The notes under the pieces: model-generated | The model's input: the letters and a program-made list of their open reading frames with translations, nothing else | Told to the model about the DNA's origin: nothing | The model's database searches: none | NCBI GenBank assembly: GCA_964016885.1 | Contig: OZ024758.1 | Coordinates: 12,710,001 to 12,774,000 of the forward strand | From: Eledone cirrhosa | Lineage: Eukaryota | Length of the DNA stretch: 64,000 nucleotides | Direction of reading: 5' to 3' | Program-made: the position numbers and the translations under genes | In this document: one piece after another, positions 25,179 through 39,950 of the stretch | Layout of the letters: each line of letters opens with the position of its first letter | How positions within the stretch are numbered: position 1 is the first letter of the stretch

Positions 25179-25657
<479 letters not shown>

Positions 25658-25662
<5 letters not shown>

Positions 25663-25918
25663 GGAGGTGAGTTTTATTGTAGTACAATAAAGCAATGCAG
25701 ATATCGGATAAGAAGCACTCTACAGTTTGTAGGACTGGAGTATACATAATATATAAGAACAAAAGATGGTTAAAAGAGTTCCATGTATTTTATTATGCGC
25801 ATTTCAAAAACAAATATCATCATGCAATAATATTTGTGTTTTCATCAGATAAAATAGGAAGACATGATATGAAGGTTGAAAAACACTTGTGGATAGTTCA
25901 GTTTTAAATCAACATATC
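25658..25918 (-). mobile_element. HHR-bearing element family D, copy 1
   Basis: Near-identical reverse complement of 31550-31808; TA tracts on both sides. Confidence 0.88.
25786..25856 (-). ncRNA. Type I hammerhead ribozyme (family D)
   Basis: tattttat CTGATGA aaa-c-acaaatattatt-gcat-gatgatatttgt-t-ttt GAAA tgcgca TA ataaaata; 8-bp stem I and palindromic loop III. Confidence 0.85.
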
Positions 25919-25966
<48 letters not shown>

Positions 25967-25984
25967 GGGCAGAGAGAGAGGAAC

Positions 25985-26025
<41 letters not shown>

Positions 26026-26049
26026 AAAAGATAGATAGAGAGAGAAAGA

Positions 26050-26101
<52 letters not shown>

Positions 26102-26261
26102 TAGAGAGGAGGGGGGGGGGAAGGACAAGCGGGACAAGAAGGACAAGGGTCCTGTGAGGTGGAACAGATAAAGTCTGGTGTCTGATCTTATCTGTGAGGT
26201 CGGCAAACTTGACACCTGCAAAACTGGTTAACGTGTGTTAGTTGGTGCTACCTGTTCTTTC

Positions 26262-26344
26262 TGTTGTTGTTGTATCTCTTTTGTTGTTGTTACTATTGTT
26301 GTCTTCGTCTTCATTGGTGTTGTTGTTGTTGTCCTCGTCTTCAC

Positions 26345-26375
<31 letters not shown>

Positions 26376-26781
26376 GCTGTTGTTGTCCTCGTCTTCACTG
26401 TTGTTGTTGCTGTTGTTGTTGTTGCTGTTGTTGTCCTCGTCTTCACTGTTGTTGTTGCTGTTGGTGTTGCTGTTGCTGTTGTTGTTGTTGTCTTCGTTGT
26501 TGTTGTTGTTGCTGTTGTTGCTGTTGTTGTTGTTGTTGCTGTTGTTGTTGGTGTCGTTGTTGTTGTTGTTGCTGTTATTGTTGCTGTTGTCGTTGTTGTT
26601 GTTGTCGTTGTTGCTGTTGCTGTTGCTGTTGTTGTTGTTGTTGTGGTGGTGGTGGTGATGGGGGTGTTGTCGTTGTTGCTGTTGTTGCTGTTGTTGTTGT
26701 TGGTGTCGTTGCTGTTGCTGTTGTTGTTACTGTTGTCCTCGTCTTCCCTGTTGTTGTTGTTGTTGTCGTCGTCGTCTTCCC

Positions 26782-26814
<33 letters not shown>

Positions 26815-27030
26815 GGTGGTGGTTGTTGCTGTCGTTGCTTGTTGTTACTGTTGTTGTTGTCGTCTTCACCTTTGTTACTGTTGCTGTTGTTGTTGTTGCT
26901 GTTACTGTTGTTGCTGTTGTTGTTCTTACTGTTGTTGCTGTTGTTATTGTTACTGTTGTTATTGTTACTGTTACTGTTGCTGTTGCTGTTGTTGTTGCTG
27001 TCGTTGTTGTCGTCTTCTCCTTTGTTGTTG
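26262..27030. repeat. Long imperfect (GTT/GCT)n tract
   Basis: Direct reading; contains recurrent gtcctcgtcttcact interruptions. Confidence 0.92.
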
Positions 27031-27328
27031 ATATTTGTGGCTTTGTTTCTATCCGTCAGTGGTCAAATTCTTTCCAGCTTAAAGAATGACCAGGTCCAGT
27101 CACTGGTCTTATCAGCTTCATCAGATCAGCATCATTACCAGCTCTGCCGCCGTCGCCAACACAACCACCATCACCACCATCATCACCACCACCACCACCA
27201 CCACCACCACCACCACCATCACCACCATCATCACCACCACCACCGCCACCACCAACTCCATTACTAAACAACACTGCCGCCGTCTCAATGTAGGATAAAG
27301 GCGGGATATCATGACTACAATATCTTTG

Positions 27329-27407
<79 letters not shown>

Positions 27408-27410
27408 ATA

Positions 27411-27513
<103 letters not shown>

Positions 27514-27522
27514 ATATATATG

Positions 27523-27554
<32 letters not shown>

Positions 27555-27648
27555 TGTATGTATGTATGTATGTATGTATGTATATCTATCGAACATTGAA
27601 CAGAACTCTCTCTCTCTCTCTCTTTCTCCCTCTCTCTCTCTTTCTCTC

Positions 27649-27724
<76 letters not shown>

Positions 27725-27793
27725 TACATATATGTATATATACATATATAATATATATACATATATATATATATGTGTGTATATATATATATA

Positions 27794-27839
<46 letters not shown>

Positions 27840-28439
27840 TGTATATATATATATACATATATACATATATACATATATGTATATATACATATATATAATA
27901 TATATATACATATATATATATGTGTGTATATATATGCATATATATATATAGTTCCGTTCAATGTTCGATCAGCGTTGACTTGGTGCTAAACAACAACAAT
28001 AATAACCCATGGTCATCCCCACCCTCTCCCTCATTACTCCCCCACCTCTCCCTCATTACTCCCCCACCCCTCCCTCATTACATCCCCCCTCCCCCTCACA
28101 CATCCAGTCTTTTATTCAGTCATTCAACTTTCTCAATGACAAGCCTCACGTTTGAAATCTCGCGCTTCATTCACGTACCTCGTCACTTCTCATTTTTTTT
28201 TGTCTACTTAATGATGTGAATACAATGTTGAAGGTAAGAGATCTCACCTTTACAAAACACCTCTCCCCCCAGCCCCTAAACCCCTGCCCTGCCTCCCTTC
28301 CTCTGCCCTCGTCGTCATCCTAATATGACCCCTACTAACACTATACATGCAACCGTCACCTCCATCGCCATAATCATAGCTCACATATCACTAACACCAT
28401 CGCCTCTAAACAAGACCTCTGCACTATCTTTACGCTCAC

Positions 28440-28833
28440 TAACCATCACCACCACCGCCATCAACATCACCACCATCACCAGCACCACCATCATCACTAC
28501 TACCCACCACCGACAACATCAACGTCACCACCAATACCAATACCAACACCACCACCATCACCAACACTACCATCACCAACATCGCCACCACTACCACCAC
28601 CACCACCACCACCACCACCAACATCGCCCACCACCACCATCACCAACACTACCATCACAAACATCACCAACACTTCCATCACCACGACCACCACCACCAC
28701 CACCAACATCGCGACCACCACCACCACCACCAGCAACATCGCCACCACTACCACCACTACCACCAACATCGCCACCACTACCACCACCACCACCACCGCC
28801 ACCACCACCATTAACAACCACAACAACAACAAC
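28440..28833. repeat. Imperfect (CAC)n tract
   Basis: Direct reading. Confidence 0.9.
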
Positions 28834-29389
28834 TAGTTTTATAGCTGGCAACATTTATTCATTTGACGCTTGTTGACTGCCATTTTCCGAGACTGTGCGA
28901 TCAGATAAGATATTTAAAACAGGTTTCACTGAAAAGGTGAGATTGTATAGCTTGGATGCTATTATTGCTTCAATGGAGTACAATAAGATGGTGAATATTG
29001 GCTGAGAAACCGTCTAGTTATGATACTTACTGGTGTCAGTTCAAATCCTACTTGTTTTGTTTCCAGTGGTCAAAAACCGACGGAAGTAAATTGTAATATT
29101 TTCGATCAAGGATTGAAACCGTGTTGCAATGTCAGTTTAGTGACAGCTTCTCTGAACACCCAAGCCACATACCTAATAATTCATGCATCTATCCATCCAT
29201 CAATTGATTTATCGGTTCTGAACTCCTGATAGAATCGTTTTGGAGATATTGTGATATTTAAACATGGAAGAACCCATATATCTCCAGGTCTGAACAGAGC
29301 CGATGTTTTTCGAAGGAAACGAAAGACTGGAAGCCTGGGAGCCTGGGAGCAAAGAAGTAAAGGTATAAAGAGGAAAAATCAAAGCCTAT

Positions 29390-29525
29390 ACAGGACTGGT
29401 TCTTCCTTTTATCGACTCCTAAAGGAAGAATGGTAAAGTTGAACTCGGTGGATGTAAGTTCAGAAATCCAGAACAAACAACGCGAAGCATTCTAACTAAA
29501 GTTCTAACGAGTCTGCCAATTCACC
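29390..29525 (-). mobile_element. Main SINE, old degraded copy
   Basis: gactggt..tttatcgactcctaaagga..aaagttgaactcgg..tctgccaattcacc. Confidence 0.65.
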
Positions 29526-30257
29526 ATGAAGCATTCATAAATAGCATACACACATACTTAAATACATATATGGTGCCAGCAAACACTGGTAAGAGTATTG
29601 CAATCGCTTGTCATATTACAGAAAATGGTGCACCTATAGGCTACGGCCAGCCACACGAACCTGTAACAGATCCTGAACAAGCAATGCTTGTGCTTTGAAG
29701 GTTTTTTTAAGTGGGGAAAGGCCTTGCACTCGACCAATCCCACTCTCTGAGCATCGAAAATATTACCCGGAAAGGGGAACTTGTCAAAATCATTGGATCC
29801 TTCCGAAGCCACAGGTTTTTTTTCCAGAGTTTCTCTCTTAGAAAGGTGTTGTAATAACAACTGGGGGCCTTTCACTCCCAGGTGGAAAAAATACATACAT
29901 GCATACATAAATATTAGGTGAATGCATACATAGAAGAACTCAAGCTATTGAAACAAATATTTAAGATAAAAACTTTAAATAATCCTCAAGATTAAATGGA
30001 TTAGATAAAAACATTTTAGGAAAGGTTAATAGTGAGAAAAAGTAAGTATATTTGGAGGACGAGTGTGTCTGTGTGTGTGTGTGAGTTAGTGTGTGTGAGT
30101 GTGTGTGTGTGAGAGAGAGAGATACGGATGAGGTGGGGGGAGAAATTGAGGGGTAACAGCGCCAGACAGTATTTTGGCTGTGTATGCACGTTTCAAAGCA
30201 AAATGAAATAATTTTGGAGTCACACCTTGAACGTGTAAATGATAGATTAAAGATATA

Positions 30258-30323
<66 letters not shown>

Positions 30324-30353
30324 TATATCTTTAATCTATCATTTACACGTTCA

Positions 30354-30400
<47 letters not shown>

Positions 30401-30409
30401 CATATATAT

Positions 30410-30476
<67 letters not shown>

Positions 30477-30477
30477 C

Positions 30478-30542
<65 letters not shown>

Positions 30543-30657
30543 TATATATATAAAATTTACATATACTCACACTCACATAGACAAACACACGTATATATAA
30601 ATAAATAATATATATACATACACACAGAATTTACAAATATATATATATATAATTGTA

Positions 30658-30704
<47 letters not shown>

Positions 30705-31077
30705 AATACCAAATTTACAATTTACATATACTTACACAGGCACACACACACACACACGCACACACAACACACATCACACACTCACACCAAAAATACACAC
30801 ACGTACATATACATTAATAAAAGAGGGACACATTTACAGGCATGGTAGTGGCCGTTCCGGGTGGGCTCGTCTCGAATCTTCTTATTATTATCTATCTCAC
30901 AGTTCACGTTTCACTGATCAGATAATATCTCCAGCCCAGGAGACATATTTCATTGCTTCATCCTTATGTTAAATGGCGACTATGTGGTTGGACTGTCTTT
31001 GCCCAGCGCCTTTGACCACCTAAACATATCTAGATGAACAAAGGTAGGTTAATATATATAAATAAATACATACACAA

Positions 31078-31180
<103 letters not shown>

Positions 31181-31183
31181 TGC

Positions 31184-31214
<31 letters not shown>

Positions 31215-31227
31215 CATATATATATAC

Positions 31228-31320
<93 letters not shown>

Positions 31321-31329
31321 TAAAAGATG

Positions 31330-31391
<62 letters not shown>

Positions 31392-31472
31392 CATCTTTAA
31401 TCTAATTTTGATAGTATATATATTTATATATATTGGATATGTATGCTTGTATATTTATGTATCTACATATTC

Positions 31473-31505
<33 letters not shown>

Positions 31506-31549
31506 TGTATGTATGTATGTATATATGTATATATATAATATAAGATCAA

Positions 31550-31806
31550 AATATGTTGATTTAAAACTGCACTATCCACAAGTGTTTTTTAGCCTTCATA
31601 TCATGTTCTTCTGTTTTATCTGATGAAAACACAAATATTATTGCATGATGATGTTTGTTTTTGAAATGCGCATAATAAAATACATGGAACTCCTTTAACC
31701 ATCTTTTGATCTTATATTATGTATACTCCAGTCCTACAAACTGTAGAGTGCTTCTTATCCGATATCTGCATTGCTTTATTGTACTACAATAAAACTCACC
31801 TCCTAC

Positions 31807-31808
<2 letters not shown>
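31550..31808 (+). mobile_element. HHR-bearing element family D, copy 2
   Basis: Matches 25658-25918; ends aataaaactcacctcctaca followed by TA. Confidence 0.88.
31612..31682 (+). ncRNA. Type I hammerhead ribozyme (family D)
   Basis: tgttttat CTGATGA aaacacaaatattatt gcat gatgatgtttgttttt GAAA tgcgca TA ataaaata. Confidence 0.85.
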
Positions 31809-31836
<28 letters not shown>

Positions 31837-31840
<4 letters not shown>

Positions 31841-32046
31841 GAAAAAGAAGTTTAACCCCGCCGGCAGAGCTCAAGCCGTTTCGACGGCTATTTCTGGACT
31901 ATTTCTGTGTCCAGAAATACCCGTCGAAATGGCTTGAGTTCTGCCGTCGGGGTTAACCTTTTTCCTATTACCCACTCCACTACCCTAAATATTGAGTACT
32001 CTGGTGCGTTATGGTCCATCTGGTTCCTTAACACACCTCCTTCATT
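31837..32046 (+). mobile_element. F1 copy 4
   Basis: Palindrome 31837-31968 plus conserved tail; in TA. Confidence 0.9.
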
Positions 32047-32689
32047 ATATATATATATACATATATATATATATTCATACATACATATATACATACATCC
32101 ATCCATCCATCCATACATACATATGAATGAATCAGCTGTTGATTATATTTTTTCTGCCAACTCAATATATTCACATGTGTATAGTGATCAACGGTGAGAA
32201 ATTTGAGCAATCAAAAGAGCAGACTCTTTGGCTGTGAATGCTTTTCAATATAGTTCGATTATGTTACACATATTATCTACTTCGATGACCTACAGCGAAA
32301 TACGAGACTACATTATCAAACAAGAAAGAAACAAAGAAAAGACACACATACAACAAAACCATAATTTAATATGAACAAATCTAAACAAAGAATAAACAAA
32401 GATCTACCACACCCCAGGGTGTAAAACAGCTTTTGAGATATCTAAGCTGAAGCTGCAATGTCATTGATATTTTGGTGTGTCCAGTCGTCATAGGTTTATG
32501 TTACAGTGAAATAAGTGTTGGACTGTCAGATACGAGATGGGTTTTTACACCCCTCCTTTATTGCTTGCTAGATCGGAGCATTTGCACCGAGCAGCCAACC
32601 ACCGTTGAAACGTAAGCTGATCTCTGTAAAGAAGACGAGTTTCTTCGATTCGTGTGACATGATAGCGAAAGAATAAAACAAATTCGTAA

Positions 32690-32874
32690 TAATAATTGTT
32701 TCTACTTTTGGCACAAGGCCAGCAATTACCCAGTACATTACTGGTACTTCATTTTATCAATCCCGTAAGGATGAAATGCAAAGTTAACCTCGGCGGGATT
32801 TGAACTCAGAACATAAAGCACCATAACTTTTATGCTGCAAAATATGGCGTCCAACACTCTACCGATACTGCCAA
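32690..32874 (-). mobile_element. Main SINE, short subfamily
   Basis: Reverse complement of the 12897-type copy. Confidence 0.9.
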
Positions 32875-33202
32875 TACAATGGTTTCTGATTTAGGCAATT
32901 TTTGGGGTACAATATTCACGGAATCGTAAATATCTTTCGCGATTTTTTAATGGCTATTTTAGTGGCAATATATATATTTTTAATGCTAAATTATTTATAA
33001 CAATATTCCATATTTGCCGGCCTATTGGACGCCCGTTCGCATAAGGCGCTCCTTTTTTTATTAGATTTTACGTTGTATTTTGACATTTATGGGCATTTTT
33101 ATGGACCACGTCCAATATTTGCGGTTTTTCACTTTTCGCGATTGCTCTATGAGCGTAATCCCCGCGAATACCGGGCAGTTCTCTCTCTCTCTCACTCTCT
33201 CA

Positions 33203-33237
<35 letters not shown>

Positions 33238-33762
33238 TCTCTATATATATACTGACACAACGGGACGAGATCCTAATGTTTGCTCACACGTTAAAGCAGT
33301 ATCATATAATCAGAACAGTAGATACAATGTATATATAACGAAGAAAAACTCGTATTAAAATGCAAATGTTTATGTCAGCTAGTTTATTGATTAAATGTAT
33401 ATCTGGGCGGACGTATTTATGCAATATAGAGTTGCAATGGTTAGTTACTCCTAGGTGAAAATAGATATGAGAGATAGATCTACTAGGAAGATTAGTGCTA
33501 AATACGTCAGCCTTCATATATTGCAACCAAATCTAGGAGACGCTGTTTGAGGGATGTGAAATGAATAGTTGTTATTCCGTATGGTGTATCGATTACATAT
33601 TATTGGTTACTCTCTATTGTTTTGTTTTTTAAATATAACTCATGTTTCCAGCCATTTAAAATATATAAAACAATGAAAGAAGGAATTAGAGAATAAATAA
33701 TTTTATTTTAATAAAAGGAAATTTCAAGGTTTATTTAGAGATAAACACATATATGAATATAA

Positions 33763-33858
<96 letters not shown>

Positions 33859-35729
33859 ATATATATATATATACATTTATATATATATATATGCATATAT
33901 ATATATATGTATATATATATATACATATATACATATATATATACGTGTGTGTGTATGGGGGGTGTCATGTATATGTATATATATATATATATATATATGT
34001 ATGCATATGAATGTAAGTGTGTGTATGTATATATATATACATATACACATTTATATATGTATGTACATGTATGTGTACCTGTATGTATCTGTATGTATGA
34101 ATTTATATGTGTGTATGTATCTATGTATCTGCGTGCGTAGGTGTACGTAGGTGTACGTGTGTGTCTCTAACTCTGCGTATGTAACAAAGTATTTAGAAGT
34201 TTTTGCAAGGTTAAACTATATCTGTGACCTGGACATGTTCACAAGAGAGACATAGGACCAAGTGAGAAATGTAATGAAACCTGAACATTGGAAAGAGAGC
34301 TTTACTTCACACTCGTCTCCTTTTGCGATTACTTACATATCTTAATCTACCTTAGCTGTACCCCACACCTCATTTCTTTAATTCCCACCTACTTCGTATC
34401 GAAATCCTGCCGCTATATATCGAAATCATCCGGTTTCAATTTTCATCTAGAATAATTTCATTTACGTCACAGATAGATTCTGATAAACGCGTGGTCTTCT
34501 CAATTAAACAATCCTCTTTCTCTCGAACATTCTTTGGCGTCTTGTCGTGTCTGTGTGAACACGCATTCTTTTGGCAAGAAATTCATGTCACCTCTCGCTG
34601 AAATTATCTACTCACTGATGTGTGTGTGTGTGTGGAGGGGGTGGGGTGGGGTTCTGTTTCAAAGCAGAAGTTGATATAGTGGTTATGTTGTCGCGAAATG
34701 ATCGTGAAGATAAGTTACTCCCACCAAGAAAACAAACAAAAACACGAATCATGAATTGAGTTCAAATCATCTTTCGTTATTTCGTGGGTCATCTTCTTAT
34801 GCCATCATCTCTGCGATCATTACATAAGGCAGTTGATTCAGAGAAAGGTTAGGGCGGTTAGAATGGTAAGAATGGTTAAAATTGTTGTACATTGCTGTAT
34901 TGTTCCGATCCGTTGAGTCCTGGATTTAAATCCTTTCAAATAAAGTTTGCCCTTGTCTAAAAAAACAAAAAAAAACATCAAAGTGATTTGAGGTTCTTTT
35001 TTACTAAACTAAAAAATCCTTTGTTTTAGAGAAAGATTTGCTATTTGTGGCTTTCATGCATTTTCTATAGGGCTTAGTTGCCAAAAATGAACTGAAATGA
35101 TTTCTTCTCTGTAAACTGAGACAGTTTTGCAGGGGAGGCAGAATTCACAAGGATCCAAACTTTCATTAATTATATCTTTTTCTATGTTTTACGTTTTTGG
35201 TTTTTGTTGTTGGTAAAATAATGTGCACCAGTATATTGTAGGTACTTATTTTAACCACTTCTAGCAATTCATTTCATCCTCTTTAGAAGAATATTAAAAA
35301 TATCAAAATATTCAAAGCTGACCTCAGGGTTTCAACTTGATCCGAGTTCAGAACAAAGATCAACAAACACATTTTATATTTTAAAAGTAAAATAACAAGA
35401 TATGACAGAAAATCTATATCTACCATTTCTCTCAAGGCCGTCAGCTCAGCCATCAAAGTACAACAACAACAACAACAACAACAACAGAATTACAAGACAA
35501 GGTGACATCCTATTGAATGAAAGTTTGATTCCATTTGAATTCTTGCTAGTTTTGATCATATTAAGGCACCTGTTGTTATATATTTGATCCTGTATTTAGT
35601 GTTTGACATTAAGTAAGTTTAGCCACTGTATGGCATACTTAACACAGATTTGTCACAGTTGACAGCGCTATGGCACATTTCACAAACACTACTACTGCTT
35701 CTTCCATTAATCTAAGTTTTATGTGTGGG

Positions 35730-35780
<51 letters not shown>

Positions 35781-35817
35781 ATGTCTGTGCATATATATAT
35801 GTATATATATATATATA

Positions 35818-35896
<79 letters not shown>

Positions 35897-36007
35897 ATAT
35901 GTATATATATGCATACATAATATATGTGTGTGCGTAGAGAAAGCGAGTGATAGAGGGAGATAGACTCATTAAAGTACATACGTACATACATTTATACGTA
36001 TACACAC

Positions 36008-36101
<94 letters not shown>

Positions 36102-36463
36102 CTTGTTGATGCAGTCTTAACACATTTCCTATTGAAGTATTCCCAACTAAACCAACGTTTATGTATTAAGGTAATTTTCGGTTCTCAAGCTTTCAGAGTT
36201 TTCCTTTACGATATTCTAAATTTCAGTCTTATGGTTTTATCTTTGTCATATACGGCCTTATGTTTCTGTGGGGCCCTCGACCGACCACCAACGTTCATCT
36301 AACAAGTAGTATGTTCAAGACCCGGAGAGGAGATGGACACCGTCAGGTTTTAAAAATGCCCTAGAAACGCCAAATGTCAGTATGGCTCTCCTACGTCACT
36401 CTCAGGAGTTACATGTCTATACATACATACATACATACATACATACATACATACATACATACA

Positions 36464-36494
<31 letters not shown>

Positions 36495-37630
36495 CCAATT
36501 CATCTTATGCCAATCGTTGAAACCGACAAAGGACCCCTCGTGTAAAATTCCAGGGTTTTAAAATGCCGTATACCGAAACGACGCCCCTACGATTCCTTCT
36601 TGAGTTACGGATGCATTCATAAATACATAAATACATACATATATATTCAATTCATTGCATGCTAATCATCGACACCGACGAAGGACCCATCAGGTAAAGT
36701 TATTAAATGTATGAAGCTGGGGACATCAGGTACATATTTTGGGCTCTTATTTCATATTCTTGGATCAGGAAGATCATTCATGGTTGCCGGGTTTTCCCTT
36801 CTCAAATATCAAATACACTCAAGTGCAAGGCCTTCTGGAAACTTCATCGTATAAGTTAATCATTTAATTATGTGTTCCGTTCCTCAGCTATCCGACCCTT
36901 TCCACAGCCACGTGCATCCAACTGTCCTATTTACTTATTATTGTTTTATTTCTTTTTATCCTTATTATTGTTTTTGTTGTTGGACTTGATGCTGTTGCCC
37001 ATTGCTGTCGTGTTACATACATTGTGGTCACTCAGGTTTCACATAACTAGTTGGATCGTATTAACACTGTAACAAAATCGTGTGGCTGAGGAGCAGAAAA
37101 TAATGCAAAACATGAAGTTAATTAAACCATATACAGTTTCCTTTATTGTCCAGGTAAATGTTATTCTAAACATTGTCTATATTATAAAATTACCTATATT
37201 ATATAATTACCTATATTATATAATTACATATATTATATAATTACTTAGTAACGAACAGAATACTGCAGATAGAGGTGGTAAGACAAGCTGGTTTAAATAC
37301 AAGATATGTACTAAACTAAATTAACATGAGTCAAACTGTTACATAACACCATCTGCCATACACAAACTGTAATTAATGAGATCGATAAGGTGGGTATAAT
37401 GACTAAGGGGTGATTTTGTTAACACTCCTAGATACTGCTCTGGGACTGAACAACATCGATCTCATAGTTTTTGTTGTTATTGCTATTGTTGATGTATGTA
37501 ACCAAACACAACTTCATAATATATATATACATGATATATATATACATAATATATATATACATAATATATATATACATAATATATATACATAATATATATA
37601 TATATATATATATTTATTTATATATATATA

Positions 37631-37811
37631 ATAGAAAAAACGAGGAAATTTCGTTTACATATGACAAATATTTATTGCGTATCGACCTGTACGCAATAAA
37701 TATTTTTCTTATGTAAAGGAAATTTCCTTGTTATTTCTATGATACCCACTCTGCTTGTGCATAGAGTGCTTGATTTGGTAACAACACCAGTGTTTCATCA
37801 TACTGCCTGCA
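37631..37811 (+). mobile_element. Fold-back+tail element family F3 in (TA)n
   Basis: ~51-bp arms (37631-37681 and 37690-37740), then tail gatacccactctgcttgtgcatagagtgct.., which starts like the F1 tail. Confidence 0.8.
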
Positions 37812-37953
37812 ATATATATATATATATATATAGTTTTAATATAGAAGAGCTTCTACAGGACTAGAACTGTTTCATTCGTGAGAAATCATTAGTGGTTACG
37901 TCCGATTCAACCCGGAATAACTTATATATATATAAATATATATATATTGTCCC

Positions 37954-38113
37954 AAGGCTCTGATACCATCAACACTATAAACACAGAGCTGGCATATCTA
38001 AGAACTGTCTAACTGCCTGATGAGGTCATAGCCATTCAATGGCTATCATCGAAATATATATAGCAGTAAATAAAGGATTATGAGTTCATGCAATTGACTT
38101 ATGTTTCGTCACT
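37954..38113 (+). mobile_element. HHR-bearing family B, copy 2
   Basis: Reverse complement of 3872-4031; in TA. Confidence 0.85.
38012..38067 (+). ncRNA. Type I hammerhead ribozyme (family B)
   Basis: actgc CTGATGA ggt-c-atagccatt-c-aatggctat-c-atc GAAA tatata TA gcagt, followed by aaataaa. Confidence 0.87.
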
Positions 38114-38114
38114 G

Positions 38115-38386
<272 letters not shown>

Positions 38387-38424
38387 TGAAAAAGAACAAA
38401 GGAACTATTATGACATTATAACAA

Positions 38425-38483
38425 GTTTATTGCCGACAGCCGTTTCGTCCGATCATATGGTGGGACTTTTCAAGGCATATAAC
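38425..38483 (-). ncRNA. Variant type I hammerhead ribozyme (U3-A8 core, GUC site)
   Basis: gttata-tgcc TTGAAAA gtcc-(12 nt)-ggac GAAA c-ggct-g TC ggca-ataaac. Confidence 0.7.
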
Positions 38484-38824
38484 ATGTGATTGTAAGTTCA
38501 TTATTTACATCAACGTATCACTTAAGACTAGCAGTTTGAAATTGTCGTATACATCAGCAGCTCCGCTTGTATATTTGGGGTCTATATTCTGCTCTGCTTA
38601 TACGCATAGAGCTTAACTAGCTACCGTCACATATTTGGTAGGTCAGACGTGATCATCGCGATTCACATACGACCTACCATACATCTTGCTTGTATATATA
38701 TATATATATATAGATAGATAGATTTAAGAAGAACATATTCAACCATGAGATGCTACGTTTTCTACTCGTGATTTCTCTCACACGAGCGTCTTCATGCATA
38801 CATACATACATACATACATACGTG

Positions 38825-38873
<49 letters not shown>

Positions 38874-38902
38874 GTGTGTGTGTGTGTGTGTATATATATT
38901 AT

Positions 38903-39088
38903 TAATTGTTTCTACTTTTGGCACAAGGCCAGCAAATACCCAGTGTATTACTGGTACTTTATTTTATCGACTCCGTAAGGATGAAAGGCAAAGTTAACCT
39001 CGGCGGGATTTGAACTCAGAATGACAAGAGCCGTAACTCTATGCGTCAAACATGGCGTCCGACCCTCTACTGATACTGCTAATCCACG
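38903..39088 (-). mobile_element. Main SINE, short subfamily
   Basis: Full-length reverse-complement copy. Confidence 0.92.
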
Positions 39089-39592
39089 TCTGCTCGATAC
39101 ATTTGATCGTTACCTCAGGTTTCAAAACATGTTCCTGTATTAACCATCTTAGCTAGTCTCCTGATGTAAAAGCATCCTCGACAACAATAGGAACAACAAT
39201 ATAAAGGTAAAAATAAAACACTGTTACACAAATATTTAAATTGACACTTCATGATCTCTGACCCATCTTTAGCTTTCAAACCAATGATACTCGTACAACT
39301 GTGATAGCGTGACTGGTCGCAATTAGTTTTTTTACGGGTTCTTCTCGCCATTTGTCTCCACAGTCACACGCAGTCACACATACACAGACACACACTCACA
39401 CACACACACACAGTCACACAGACAGACACTCACACCAACGATACCTACTATCTATATTTCTTATCTATCAATTTATTCCTCCTCGTAAAATGATTCTGTA
39501 TTTGTTTGCCGTAGTCGAACATGTTATCTCCTTGTTCATCCAACACGATCATTGCAGTATTAATTTCTACAGTAATTTATAATAGATTGCTA

Positions 39593-39711
<119 letters not shown>

Positions 39712-39723
39712 ATATCTATATAT

Positions 39724-39950
39724 CAACTGATTCTTTTTTTCAAATACCACTTTGGATGGAAGAAGAATCAGGATGGAGAGAGAGGTGCTGTACCCCAGCA
39801 AGTTTTATGAAAGGTGGGTGAAAGTGGCGAGAATGGCCCGAGTGAATGGGCTTTCTCTCTATATCAGCCTGTAGGTTAAGGAAAAGGAGGAGGAGAGGAA
39901 GGGAGTACAAACTCTTCGTACTCCTGGAGATGAGGGTTGCACATTTTTTT
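39724..39950 (+). mobile_element. Tx1-like LINE fragment (ORF2 end and start of 3' UTR)
   Basis: atcaggatggagagagaggtgctg..tatgaaaggtgggtgaaagtggcgagaatggc matches the reverse complement of 10470-10620; preceded by (TCTA)n. Confidence 0.85.

Noticed and set aside
26228-27267. Poly-T/V/L/C ORFs of 140-280 aa
   Set aside because: Open in many frames because of the (GTT)n repeat; no unique coding context.
29558-29908. 116-aa minus-strand ORF
   Set aside because: Starts inside a microsatellite, no recognisable motif or splice signals; possibly a TE fragment.
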